Below are positions 22,918 through 35,729 of a stretch of 64,000 bases of DNA, in pieces. Every line of letters starts with the position of its first letter. The stretch's first letter is position 1. This DNA is from Histomonas meleagridis 2922-C6/04-290x (Eukaryota; Protista; Parabasalia), in contig JAANOX010000032.1 in NCBI GenBank assembly GCA_020184695.1, forward strand, positions 62,001 through 126,000. The letters run 5' to 3'. The position numbers were made by a program, and so were the translations under genes. The notes beneath the pieces are model-generated. The model did not search any database. It was not told the DNA's origin and worked only from the letters and a program-made list of their open reading frames with translations.

Positions 22918-23213
22918 AACTAAAACACAAATTTCAACCATTTTTTATTTTTACTTTTTTGGTATGTATAAAATCACAAGAATCAGATGAATGCGTTTTA
23001 CATATCATTTTAAATTTTTAAATGATAAAAGATTTCTATATGGAAAATGATTCTATAAAACAAAAGAAAATTTAAAGTTAATATCGCTCTTCATCAATTT
23101 TCTGAATAAAATAAAAAGAAATATTCATAAAATATTCGATAAGTTCTTTGTTTTTTGCAAAATATTTTGGGAACACCACAGTTTTGAAAAAAACAATAAA
23201 TATTTATATATTT

Positions 23214-24490
23214 TTACATATTTTTATATTCTCTTCTATTTACAACAAATTCTTTAAATTTATATAATGTTTCGAAATATATTTCATTCGTCGTTTCCAT
23301 TGCATCTTCAAAAATATCTTGACATTTTGAAATAAAATTTTCAACAATTTCAAATCCATCTTTTCGTTTATCTTCAATAATTTGTAAATTATGAATTAAT
23401 ATTATTATATTATTTCGAGTTTCGTCATTTATTTGAGACATTATTGAACAAAAATATTCAATGATATGATAATTTTTTATTAATTCATGTTTAAAGTCAT
23501 CACAAAGATTTAAAAGAAGAAATATAATAAATTTAATAATATTTTCATGAATTCTTTTCGAAATTAATTTAATTATTATATTAAAAAGAATTCCTTCTTG
23601 AATTTTATTCTTATTTATCTTTAAAAGTTCTTGAAGAATATAAATCGTATTAAAAAGTATTAAATTATTATCATAAATTTCAAGATATTGAAGAAAAAAA
23701 TTGGAATTAAATCTTCATAAAAAATTCCAAATTCTTCAACAATTTGACTAAATATATATGTAATGTAACTAATGATTTTTTCATTTTTATAATTCGAAAT
23801 ATTTTGAATTAAATAATAATAAATATCTTGAAAATATAAATAAAAGTTTGAATTAAAATATTTATGAAGATATGAAATAAAAAAAATAATTTGTTTCGGA
23901 TAAATTATTTTATATTCTTCAAATATTTTTGAAATTATTGGAAATAAATATTCTTCTTTATTATTATTATTAATATCATAATAAAATAAACAACAAAGAA
24001 AATGTGGAACAATTTTACTTAAAAATATTTTATTATTTAATATTTCAATATTAAAATATTTAAGAATTAAATCTCGATAATTAGAATTAATAAGTGAAAT
24101 ATTAGATAAAATTAATAAAATTTTTTCTTTAATAACAATCGAATTAAACAATGAGAAAACTTTACAAAGATTTAATATAAAATTCTTTTCATTTAATATA
24201 TTAATATATTCATTATTGTTTTTATATGATGAAAAATTAATTAAAATATCAAGAATAATATTAAATATATCAAAATCATTTGGTGTTAAAAGAATTTTAT
24301 AAAATATTTGATGACAACCAAAACGAAAAAAATCTTCTTCATAAAGAAAATGTTTATAATAAGATTCTTTCCTTAATAAACAAAGAAACTTCTTAAATTC
24401 TTTAAAATTTTGTTCTTCATAAGTTTTAGAAATATTTTGATATAAGATTGATATTTGTTGATTTTTCATTTTAAATGGAATTTTTGTCAT
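23214..24490 (-). CDS. ARM/HEAT-like helical protein, copy A (homopolymer frameshift near 23690)
   Basis: ORFs 23660-24520 and 23214-23441 join when compared with copy B. ATG at 24490. The ARM-like fold is a guess from helical, Leu/Ile-rich periodicity. Confidence 0.65.
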
Positions 24491-24548
24491 TTTTTTTTTG
24501 AAATAAAATAAAAATGTCAAAATTTCATTTTTTTTTTTTCATTTGTAA

Positions 24549-26479
24549 ATGGAAGTTATTCAACAGTTTTTTACACGTCCAAATGCGATTGATGTTTTTA
24601 CAGTTATTATAGGTGACCGAATTATTCCAAATATTAAATGTTCAATTATGTTTTTATTTCTTCAAGTTGGAATTCCAGATGCAGAAGGTGTTATATTTTT
24701 ACCAGATTATAAATCGATTATAGATTTAAATGAACATAAATTAATATTACGCCCGATTGAATTTAATAGGAAAGAAGTTATTTTAAATAATTTTAATAAT
24801 AATATAATAAAAACATTTTATCAATTTACAGAAAATTCCAAAGAATCATTTCAATCACTTCTTGAAATAATTTTTTCGAGTACATTAAAATATGAAGAAA
24901 ATTTTCAAATATTTGGGAATAATTTATTCATAAGTCTTTCTGAAGATTTTATTCTTTCAGTAACGAATAATTCTGAACCTAATCGAACGTATCAAATTAC
25001 GTCGCATTCAATGATTACATTTTCAGAATTTACGAATTTACCCGAAATCAAAATTTATGATAACATGAGAAGAAGTTCTATTTTTTTACTTCAAATTCCA
25101 CAACTTAAATCGATTTATCGATGGTATATATTACTTCAATGTGCGATATCAATATTATCACGAGATGAATTTGTTGGAATTACAGATGTTTTTATTGAAG
25201 ATAATAAAGAAATTGAAATAAATGAAAAACAAATTAATGATAAAGATAAAGATAAAGATAAAAATAATAACGAAGAAATTTCCAAAATTCATTCAAGACT
25301 TTCAGAAGAATTAAATAATTTTAAAATTAATAATAAAATTGTAACAGAAACATCAGAACCAATTCTTCAATTTCCATATTTAACGATGTTTGGAATTAAT
25401 GATAATAATAACAAAGAAATTATTAATGATAATAATAATAACAAAGAAAATCATAAAAATATGAATAAAATGAATAAAAATGAAATAATAAATATTATTA
25501 ATCAACGAATATTTAAATCAAGAATTAATATTCAACATTATATTCCAAATTTTATCGAATATGAACAACGAAATAAATTTTATAAAACATCATATAATAA
25601 AGAAAGTAAAGAAACGTTTATATATCAATATGAAACATGTACAGAAGAAGAACGATTTATTCTTTTAATTTCAATTTTAATGAATGGTTATTTATATGAA
25701 CATTTTACGGGAATTTTTGATATTGAAGAAGGAGGAAATTTATATATCGAATCTTTTAATATTATTCGAAAATATGATATTTTAATTATTGATGAACTTT
25801 TAAAAATAGAAGAAATAAACAAATATTATCGAAAAGGGTCAGGAGTTCTTAATAAAAAATTCATGAAATATTTACGACAACAACGAAAATGTATTAAATG
25901 TCCAAAAATATTCCGAATACGATTCCATATGAATTTTTATTATTTCCATATGAATTAATTGAAGGATGGTTTTATGATATTCTATATAAATATCAAAATA
26001 ATGATTTTAAACACAAAGAAAACATGAACAAATTCACAGAAATATTTGAAATATTTTTGAGACATTATTTGAAGGAAGAAATGAAACTTAATAATATTCT
26101 TAACGAATATTTAAAACGAAACAACATCAGTAATTTTATTGGGAATTTACCATTTTTCTAATAATAATAAGAATAATAATAAAATTGAAACATTATTATA
26201 TCAATTTTTTTAATGAAAAGTTCAGAATATTATAATCTTTCGAATGATATTTATAATTTTATTGAATATTGTCAACATAATTCATATTATTATTCATGTT
26301 CATATATTTATAAAGAAAAAATTATCAATCGAATTTTATATTATCTTCAAATATATGATCAATTACATAAAATTAATGAAAGTAATAAAAAACCTCAAGT
26401 TCCAACAGCATCAACATCAATGATTAACAATTTAATACAAATTGGGAAAACACAAATTCAAAATGTAATAAAAAATTAA
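24549..26479 (+). CDS. Hypothetical Asn-rich protein, copy A (frameshifts near 25900 and 26160)
   Basis: Three consecutive ORFs that join when compared with copy B. Confidence 0.65.
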
Positions 26480-26711
26480 AATATTTTTATATCTATTTAT
26501 TTATTATTTTAACTCTAAAATATGTGAATACCATTTAAGTAAATCGGGCGTTCGATGTTTTTGAATTTGATCGAATATTAAATTAATCCAATCTTTGTAA
26601 TTATAATTCTCTAAAAGTGAATCGCATAAACCATAACGATAAATATGTATAAAGTGTGTAAATAATTATTAATACAAAATTTACCTTAAACAAGCATAGC
26701 ATGTGTTTTTT

Positions 26712-26714
<3 letters not shown>

Positions 26715-26746
<32 letters not shown>
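26715..26746. repeat. (TA)n microsatellite
   Basis: About 16 TA units, ~60 nt from the copy A breakpoint. Confidence 0.95.
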
Positions 26747-26750
<4 letters not shown>

Positions 26751-26955
26751 CTGACATATACTTTTCATCATACTTTTTTTGATATGCCAAACAACAAATT
26801 AAAAAAAGTTTTTAAGTTAAAGTCATAAGATTTTGTTGATTTATTAAAATTTAGAAAAAAAATGTTCATTCTTTAAATTTTGACTGCACCTGTAACGAAA
26901 CTGTGATGAAAGACGATATATTTATTTGGTCAATTAAATTTTGCTAACAGAAAAT

Positions 26956-26972
26956 TGCGGTTATTGCGGTTA
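26956..26972 (+). promoter_or_regulatory. Two tandem GCGGTT (M3-like) core-promoter motifs upstream of the saposin gene
   Basis: tgcggttattgcggtta, 20-35 nt before the ATG at 26993, followed by TCA initiator-like sites; resembles the trichomonad M3 element. Confidence 0.45.
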
Positions 26973-26992
26973 AATTTTTTCTGTTCAAATTC

Positions 26993-27550
26993 ATGTTTTT
27001 ATTCATCGCATTAGTATCATCTATTGAAAGAGATATTCCAGATATAATTGCACGCCATCACATATGTTCAGTTTTAGTTCGTGAGCTTCAAAAGCAATTA
27101 AAATTTACTGATAAACTTGATGTAATTCAACAACGTTTCACTAAGTATTGCAAACTTCATCGTAATGATAAAGAAGGAATATGCAGTACAATCATCAAAG
27201 AAAAACTTAATGAAACTATTGAAATGATCAAGAATGATAAACCATTCGATTACATTTGCGATTCATTAGGATTTAAGCGCGACCAATTTCAACAAGAAAA
27301 TGGTATGCCAATAGATCAATGCAAAGAAATTGTTGATAAAATTAAATCAGAAAATATTGAAGAAACAAATATGATTCAATTAAAAGAAAAACGTACAAAC
27401 GTATGCAAAGAATACCCAGAATATGCATTTTCTTGCCGTTCTATCTTTCGATATGTTTCACGCGAACTTCAAAACCCCGAATTTTTGAATCAAACATTAG
27501 ATGGAGTTTGCCATTTACTTGAGAAGAAGCACATCATTCGCTTGGAGTAA
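26993..27550 (+). CDS. Saposin-like protein (two saposin-B-like domains) with signal peptide
   Basis: Signal peptide MFLFIALVSS; Cys spacing ICSVLV...YCKL...ICSTII...ICDSLG and QCKEIV...VCKEY...SCRSIF...VCHLL. Confidence 0.8.
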   Translation: MFLFIALVSSIERDIPDIIARHHICSVLVRELQKQLKFTDKLDVIQQRFTKYCKLHRNDKEGICSTIIKEKLNETIEMIKNDKPFDYICDSLGFKRDQFQQENGMPIDQCKEIVDKIKSENIEETNMIQLKEKRTNVCKEYPEYAFSCRSIFRYVSRELQNPEFLNQTLDGVCHLLEKKHIIRLE

Positions 27551-27967
27551 AAACGATAATTTTTGATTTTTTTTTTTACTTAAATTTATGAAATTTAATC
27601 ATGAAATTTCTGATGGTTAATGGAGTGAAAACAGTTTTTTTATGTAATAGTATAGCTTGATCTTTATAAATAGATCCGAACACAAAGAGTTTAAGCTTAC
27701 ACCAGATAAAATACCGATACGGACGTATAAATTTAAAAGAAAAAAATTTGTTATCTAAAAGCAAGAATTATTTAATTTGCTTAAGCCATTGTGAATTTAA
27801 AAGTTATTTATCAAAACACATTAATATAAAAATTGTTTACATATTATTCAATTTATCTTTTGATATAGGGTAATATCTTTAAATATATATATACATTTAC
27901 CATTGCAACAATTCAACTGATTTTCAATTAAAACCCAATCTCCAACTGTGTTAACTTTTGATTTAAG

Positions 27968-30923
27968 TCAGCAATTCGTCCTCTTTGAATGAAAAGTATT
28001 TAAAAATCGTACGATGCTCATCCTTAGAGATATAATTAATGTGAATTCACGATTTTGGAAATCACTTTCAACATCAGCTCGAATAGGCTGATTTTCGGAC
28101 ATATTGCTTTTGACATTACATAAAAATTTTATGTCCATCCGACAGATCCAACAGCGGGTTTGGATTTTCAGATAAATTAAAACAAACAATAATAAAATTA
28201 ATTTTAAGAAATGTTTTTTAGAGATGTCATAATTATTTATAATACTGCAAATATAATTATTATGCAATTGTGCATAAAGGTAATATAATATTTGGGATTG
28301 CAATTTTGGGTATACCATTACGAAATTCATACAATTTTTCTCGAATGTATTCTTGTATTGCACTATTAACAGCTTCGTTTTGAGGAATTTGACTTTGCAA
28401 GTTACAATCTATTTCATTTTTCAGCTCTTGAATCCTTTGTTCAATGGGAATTTTATTATTCGCATCTGTTTCATTATTTAAGCTTCTTTGTGTGTAACTT
28501 GCAATTGTGTCATCAACAATTCTTTTAAGAGAACTTATTTTGTTTGCAATGTTGTTTTGAATATGTTCATCAAAGAATTCATTTAATATTCTCATTGCTT
28601 CATTAAGTTTTTGCATTATATATTCTCTGATTTCGTTTTTAACTCTTTCATCATTAATCGATTCGAAACCAATTGCATTTTCACAATTATTTTTCATTTG
28701 GTTATGTAAGTTTTCGAAGAAAGCAGCTCTATTGATGATGTAATTTGATTCTATTTCTATTCTTTTGTTCATTGTTTCTGTTTGAATCACATTATCAACT
28801 TTCCTTTTATACATTTGAAGACTTTCTTGTACATTTTCTACTGTAACTCTTTCGATTCTTTCGAGGATTTCTGTTTTTAATGAAGAAATTTGAGTACTAA
28901 CATAATTAGATGCTTTTTTTCGTACTTCATTGAACATATTTTCAGTTGTTACGAATTTATTTATTTTTTTTAAGCATTCTTCACTTCTTATTTGAATATG
29001 GTTAATAACCATTTTATAAATTTCATTGTAATCAGTTGATGGATTTTGACGAATATCATTTAATAAAAGTACTTTTTCGGGTTCTAAAATTTCATCAATT
29101 TCTTTCTTAATCAATAAATATAATTCATTTTCTTTTTCATTTTTAATGTCATTTAGTATTTCTCCAATTTCAGTTAAACTTTTGGAGATATATTTAGTAA
29201 TATATTTCTTTGTTTCTAATATAGCTTTTTCTTGAAAATCATTTATTTGACAATACTGTTGAAGTTGCTCTTGACATTTGTTAATAATTATTTGCATGAG
29301 GCTAAACAAATCATATTGATGTATTTCCTCAAATGACTTTTTTTTAAGATCTGATTTAAGATTTTGTAATTCTAAATTTATAATAATTTCTGCTTGTCCA
29401 CATGTATCTTTTATTTGCTTTTTAACAATTTTTGTTTGGATTTCTTTTATTTTTTCTTGGATTCTCATTTCGAGATCTTTTGTTTTTTCAACTAAATAAT
29501 TATGAACTTGCTCTTTTACATCATCATAAATTTGGATACCTCTAAAATGCTTTTAATTTTAGATTTACATTTGTTTTGTATATCATCAAAATTAATTTTA
29601 TTTAAGTTGTCAATATATTCATTTAGATCACTTTCATTGTATTTTTTATCTTTATTATTATGAAAATTTAAATTATTTTCAATGGGATTCAACATTTTAT
29701 CAATATTTAATTTGATGAATTGAAATTGTTTATCTTTGATCTTTTTAACAACGTCATTCATTATTTCAAATTTGAGAGGAATTTGTTCATTAACCATTTT
29801 TATAAAGGAAGTGAAAACATCTGTATTTTGCACTACTTTTGGAATTACTTGTTTAAGTATTTCAATAGCATCATTACAAATATCTTGAACAGTTGTAACG
29901 AGTGCCTCAACAATATTCTCTTTTTCCAGCTTAAAAATATATTCATTATATAATGTTTGAATAAATATAATTTCTTCATCAATTATTCCTTGAGCTACAG
30001 GAGTATAAAGTCTTTCAGCTGCTGACTTTGACTTTTCTTTTAATGCTTGTTCTGCATAAGCTGTTAGATCTTGTTCTTCGGTTCGTTTAATTAATATATC
30101 AAATGTTTCACATACACTTTGTGAATCAAGGATTATATTCCGTGATTGCTCAATATGATCAATGAGATGTTGTGCAAAGATTTTAAAGCCCAAATCAAAT
30201 TCTGTGGATTGATGAAGAACATCTGAGTTGATATTATAAGCTGGAAGAGGTATAATTTCAGAGCAAAATTCCTTAAAATCATTGCCTAATTTGTTTTCAA
30301 TAAAATCTTTCGTAACTCTTCTTTGAACTTCTTCAAATGTTCCATCACTAGGTATATAATGAGCCACTGTTGTAACAAGCGTTATTAACTTATGAGCATC
30401 GAACATTTTTGTCCCTTTGCCAACACTTTCGATGATCTTAAGAATTTTTTTTCATTGTAGAAACTTCGGACGCAGTAGCTGCACACCTGGACATCGATAC
30501 TACAACTGAAGAAAGTGAGGCATAAGGTGCAATAAGCTGACTTAAAAGGAAAGTATTAGCTTCTGAATTTGACTCTCCTGTTTGAAACCCACCACATCCT
30601 TCTGTGTCAACAAAGAAAATTTGTGTGTCATCATCTTCAATTTCTTCTATTCCAAATCTTTGTCGAATTTCATTGTATAAATATGGTCCATACACATAGG
30701 CACCCATTGTATCTTCAGTGTTCCCATCACCTGTATGAATGCGGCAATCACCTGTGAGTTTTTTTATTGTTGAAGATTTTCCTATTTGATATGATCCAAA
30801 AATTGTTACAAGAATAATTCGTTTTCCTTTTGCTTTCATTATAATATTACGAAATTTTTCTTTTAGAGGTATGAATTTCGTTTTCTGATTTTTGTCTCTC
30901 TCTGTACACCTATTATCCATCAA
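27968..30923 (-). CDS. Guanylate-binding protein/atlastin-like large GTPase with long coiled coil, split by frameshifts (pseudogene or assembly errors)
   Basis: VTIFGSYQIGKSS, DTMGAYVYG and FFVDTEG in 30438-30923; helical ORFs 29516-30406, 28260-29468 and 27968-28363 follow on the same strand. Confidence 0.72.
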
Positions 30924-31636
30924 TAATAATGCTTTTGCGGCATTTTTTCGGTTGTCAAATCTTCTAAACGGTCACAGAGAAGCTGACCAATCCTAGTTTA
31001 ACGGTCGTTCTATATAATATTGACCGTTTAATAAACGGCTGAAGAACAAAAGATCAAATCAGCACTTTTTCTCATCACAAACGTTGATAATTAATGCCCA
31101 TATACGTTAAGTTGGTCAACCACTCCAAAACCGTTAATTCAAGTTGCCTAACTTAAAAAAAATAACGGTCGCGCCGAAGTTGAAGTGTTTCAGCTTTTGG
31201 AAACCTTAAACAATGATGATTTCATCATGAAATTTCATGTGAAAGACATTTTTTTATTAATAAGTTTGTATAATTCTATAATTATAATATTTTTATATAA
31301 CTTATTATATTCAATAATTATTTGAAATATAAAATATTATTTATTCCATATTTATACAAAAGTTTAGCTCTTTGCGTTATCTGAAAGCAATGGATTCATT
31401 CGGGAACCATTAAGTATCCTTAAAAAAACTCAAGTTTGTACCTGAAATGATCAAAAACAGCTGATTTCCCAAACAAATTTGCTCAATTCATGTGCCAATA
31501 CTCTGGTTTCTGTCACAATCGAGTGACGAACCGAAAACCTAACGCTATATAATATGTAGAATCGAGAAAATATATAGTAAAACGCAAATTTTAATTCCGA
31601 ATAATGCATTTTGATTTCAATGATTAAATAATCATT

Positions 31637-32650
31637 TCATCTTTTTCTTGATTTCTCGAACAGCGGCAGGAAGAACGGATGCTTCATCGCTTCTTTTGCT
31701 GTTATTCTTTCTCTATGGTCCACAGTCATCATTGACTTTAACAGATGTATTGCATCTGGCGTACAAATCTCCTTTGGCGCCTTTGCAATGAATGGCTCCC
31801 ATCCAGATCCAGTCTTTTGATTTAAGATTTGAACAGTTTCATCACTTAATTGCACATTTAAACTTCGCGCATATTTAAGTATTGGCGCTCCGCCAACAAG
31901 ATCTGCAACTTTCAATAGCTGCTCAGCATCACTCTCACCATACTCTACAACAATGCGCTTAAAAAGCATATACGAAAACGTTAAACCGGCCGACCAGATA
32001 TCAATTGAATAGTCGTAGTATGGATAACAGATGAGAAGCTCAGGCGGCTTGAACACACGCGTCGCAACGTGCGAGCTATACCTTTGCTTCGGATAGTAAA
32101 AATCGGCAAGACCCCAGTCGAGAAGACGAAGGCGGCGTTTTTCTTTGTCAATTGCAATGTTTTGAGGTTTGATGTCTCGATGCATAATTCCATTGCTATG
32201 TGAACAATCAAGAGCTTCAAGGAGCTTGTAAAGGTAAAGGCGTATTTCAATAGGTGTGAAGGAGCTATATAATGTTCGCCAATCAAAAAAATTCACCCAC
32301 TCAAATACAATTGAATAAACATCAGTGGCTGGATCAAATACTAGGTCCTCTAATTTTACAATGTTCCGCTTGTTTTGGAGATTGGTGAGAATCTTGATTT
32401 CGCGAAGATAACGGCGTGGTTCAAGAGGAACAAGAATTTTGATGGCATACTCTCGATGCCTTTTGTCAGTTGCCTTAAATACAGTGGAATATTTGCCTCG
32501 ACCAACTTTTTTTACAAGATAATATGGATCTGGTGGATTCCATTTAGGAGTAAAAGTTTTGTGTTCGTACCAAGATTGACCTCGCTCCTCATTAATGTTC
32601 GTGTATATTTTTGAAACAGAAATAATAAGCCCATTCTTATCCACAGACAT
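31637..32650 (-). CDS. Casein kinase II alpha-like protein kinase
   Basis: GRGKYSTVF, HRDIKPQN, DWGLADFY, VATRVFKPPEL, DYSIDIWS, ITAKEAMKHPFF. Confidence 0.9.
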   Translation of the reverse strand: MSVDKNGLIISVSKIYTNINEERGQSWYEHKTFTPKWNPPDPYYLVKKVGRGKYSTVFKATDKRHREYAIKILVPLEPRRYLREIKILTNLQNKRNIVKLEDLVFDPATDVYSIVFEWVNFFDWRTLYSSFTPIEIRLYLYKLLEALDCSHSNGIMHRDIKPQNIAIDKEKRRLRLLDWGLADFYYPKQRYSSHVATRVFKPPELLICYPYYDYSIDIWSAGLTFSYMLFKRIVVEYGESDAEQLLKVADLVGGAPILKYARSLNVQLSDETVQILNQKTGSGWEPFIAKAPKEICTPDAIHLLKSMMTVDHRERITAKEAMKHPFFLPLFEKSRKR

Positions 32651-33025
32651 AGGCTCTGTTGTAACTGTATACGGACATTTGTTAACTTTACAAAAAAATC
32701 AAAGGATGCAACATTAAAAGGCGCCAAAACTCACAACAAAACATTCATCTATACATATTATCACATGTAACATTTGTTGCTAGTATATACGACAAATCTT
32801 AATGCCAAATTTAGAAATTAATGGTTCACAACAAAAATAATTTTTTTTTGGCATTTGATGTATTTTTGTTTTCCAAATATTTTATTTACCTTACAACCTT
32901 CTTAACAGTACGCTTGTTCATTACAACAAATATCAATAAATCTTTGATCTATTTCATTATGTTTTCTTGGAAATACGTTTATAATTAATTTTTTTTTCTA
33001 AATTAATTTCCATCGAAATTAAAAG

Positions 33026-35704
33026 ATGGAAAAAGAAAACAAAGAACAAACAAAGCTTTATGATATTTTTCCATTTCCAGATTCATCTACATTAATTTGT
33101 GGGACAAGTTTTTCACATCGTTCCTATGTTCATATTATTTGCGGTTATAATTTTTGTGATTTAATGGAACGTAAATATCAAACAATTAAATCAGACAAAG
33201 ATGATTTGATTGGTTCGCATTTTTCATTTCAATATATTAATAATACACTTCAATATGAAAAAGAAGATTTAATTTATAGCAGGTTAGTCGGAGCATCTTC
33301 AGCATTTGACCCATCTTCAGAAACGGTATATTGTTTTGGAGGTATGCATGAAGAAATAGGACAAAATGCAGATGAAAACACATTATTTGTATCGAACCTT
33401 TTAGTTACACATGAATTCCAAGAGACATCAACACCAAGTTTATCTATATTACAACCTGTTAATGTTATACATCCAATCGGTAGAGCTTTTCATTCAAGTG
33501 CTCTAGATTATGACCATCGTTCATTATGGATATTTGGCGGAGGCTCAATAGTTCGGGGTTCTAATCCATGGTTAAATGATTTATGGGAATATGATTTGAC
33601 TACGCATTATTGGATAGAACATCATCTTTCCCGTGGTCCATCAACACGTTGGGGTCATACCATGACTTATTTCAACCAAAAAATTTACATGTTTGGTGGT
33701 GTAGAAAAAAAAGCTCGTGATAATTTTTGGTATTTAGATTTGTCAAATTATCCAAATTTACGCTGGGAACCCATTAAAATACCTAAAAACTTTCGAAGAT
33801 TTCGTTTTGCAAATAATGGGTGTGTATCACTGACAGTTATTCATCCTACATTAGGTGCACGAATTTTATTTATTGGCGGAACCACAGATAACATTTATCA
33901 AAGCTTAGGATTTTCAGCTGATTTAATAGTAGATCAAGTAATTGATAATTTAATTTCATTACATATATATTCGTTTGATCCAATTCGTAATAAATTTGAA
34001 AAAATTCACGTTCCTAAAGAAATTCCGAATGTTTCATATCATGGTGCATCCATTATAGGGGAAAACTTGTTTTTAATTGGAGGAATTCATCATAGTAGTT
34101 CTGGCCGAATTTTTTCACGTAATATAATACGATTAAACATATTTAAATATATGGATTTAAGTTTAGAAGGTGAAAAAACATTTCCATATGATTTTAAAAT
34201 CATGAACTTAAATGAGAATTTTAAAGCTACTAAAAAATTAATATTTCAAGAATTTGCAGCGTTGGAATTTAATATTAAAGAACCAATAATTGAAAATTTT
34301 TCAAAATTATATTATTCACATCAACAGAATCCTTATCCAATTCAAGATTTTACTGTACTACAAAATTTTTATTGTTTAACAACAATATTAAATTCACGTT
34401 TAGGTAATAAATCAAAATATCTAAATAGAGTCTCAAAATATTATTTGGAAGATTTGATTTATTATATATACACAGGTTATCTTAATTATAACAAATCTGT
34501 TTTTATTGACTTTCGTACATTTCGTGAATTTATAAGATTTCTCTGGAAAATTAAATATTATCGTTTAATGTATTTAGAAATTCATTGCCATATATCAAAA
34601 CTTTATTATATCGATATAATTAATTTAAGTACTATAACTAATGATGATAATCTTCCATTAATTGAAGATGAGGATTTTCCTTTAATTAAATATTTAATTA
34701 AGAAAATCATCATGAATCAATTAATTGATCCTCAAGATATTGAACATCCTGAGCATATAGCTATATACTTAAGTGAAATTATTATTCCAAACAAAGAAAT
34801 AGAGAATTTAAACATACCAAAAATCCCGAAATCCACAATTTTAAATGATTTATATTATATGTTTTCTGATAACATAATTAAAAGTAAAGATTCATATTTA
34901 ATTGTTAATAAAGTTGATGAAATAGATACTGATTATATCAAACAAAATTCCACTGATATCGTTCAATATATTTTATCATATAATATAAAAAATATATTAG
35001 AAACGCCTGATAAAATAATAGAAATAATCCAATTAATTAATACGTCAAAAACAAAAATTACTAAAAATAAATTTCATTACATATTTCATCCTTTATTAAA
35101 GAACATAGAAAATATTATATTGAATTATCCGGAGTTTCGTTTATCATTATTGAAAATTTTACCCGAAATTAAACACAAAATTTTAATAAATTTTTTAAAT
35201 TATTGTATTGGATTTCATTCGAATTCATGTTTTATAGATAATAAAAATAATTTTATCGAATTTTCAGGTGATTTTGGTAACTTAGAAATTAAATTTCAAA
35301 CAATAAAATTGAATATCTCATTTAATATGTTAAATTTAATCATATTTTTAATATACACAAATATTTCACCTTATGATATTATCGATATTTATGATAAATT
35401 CAAATTAGCATTAACTCTGTTAACTGTTGGCGGAGATTATCCAAATTTGTTTAATTTTAATATATTACAAAATTGGAAAAATTTTATTAATGAATTTGCA
35501 ATTTGTTCGAAAAAATTAAATAACGAATTGATTATAAAACACTTTATACATATTTATCGTTATGGTTTATGCGATTCACTTTTAGAGAATTATAATTACA
35601 AAGATTGGATTAATTTAATATTCGATCAAATTCAAAAACATCGAACGCCCGATTTACTTAAATGGTATTCACATATTTTTAGAGTTAAAATAATAAATAA
35701 ATAG
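33026..35704 (+). CDS. Kelch-repeat protein with possible BTB-like central/C-terminal region
   Basis: Kelch units VYCFGG, GRAFHSS...LWIFGG, TRWGHT...IYMFGG, YHGASI...LFLIGG; BTB-like LIYYIYTG. Confidence 0.8.
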   Translation: MEKENKEQTKLYDIFPFPDSSTLICGTSFSHRSYVHIICGYNFCDLMERKYQTIKSDKDDLIGSHFSFQYINNTLQYEKEDLIYSRLVGASSAFDPSSETVYCFGGMHEEIGQNADENTLFVSNLLVTHEFQETSTPSLSILQPVNVIHPIGRAFHSSALDYDHRSLWIFGGGSIVRGSNPWLNDLWEYDLTTHYWIEHHLSRGPSTRWGHTMTYFNQKIYMFGGVEKKARDNFWYLDLSNYPNLRWEPIKIPKNFRRFRFANNGCVSLTVIHPTLGARILFIGGTTDNIYQSLGFSADLIVDQVIDNLISLHIYSFDPIRNKFEKIHVPKEIPNVSYHGASIIGENLFLIGGIHHSSSGRIFSRNIIRLNIFKYMDLSLEGEKTFPYDFKIMNLNENFKATKKLIFQEFAALEFNIKEPIIENFSKLYYSHQQNPYPIQDFTVLQNFYCLTTILNSRLGNKSKYLNRVSKYYLEDLIYYIYTGYLNYNKSVFIDFRTFREFIRFLWKIKYYRLMYLEIHCHISKLYYIDIINLSTITNDDNLPLIEDEDFPLIKYLIKKIIMNQLIDPQDIEHPEHIAIYLSEIIIPNKEIENLNIPKIPKSTILNDLYYMFSDNIIKSKDSYLIVNKVDEIDTDYIKQNSTDIVQYILSYNIKNILETPDKIIEIIQLINTSKTKITKNKFHYIFHPLLKNIENIILNYPEFRLSLLKILPEIKHKILINFLNYCIGFHSNSCFIDNKNNFIEFSGDFGNLEIKFQTIKLNISFNMLNLIIFLIYTNISPYDIIDIYDKFKLALTLLTVGGDYPNLFNFNILQNWKNFINEFAICSKKLNNELIIKHFIHIYRYGLCDSLLENYNYKDWINLIFDQIQKHRTPDLLKWYSHIFRVKIINK

Positions 35705-35729
35705 ATATAAAAATATTTTAATTTTTTTT

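Larger units (their letters stand above)
23199..26657. repeat. Inverted segmental duplication, copy A (~3.46 kb)
   Basis: Reverse complement of ~35539-39001; near-identical apart from homopolymer-length differences and a few substitutions. Confidence 0.92.
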
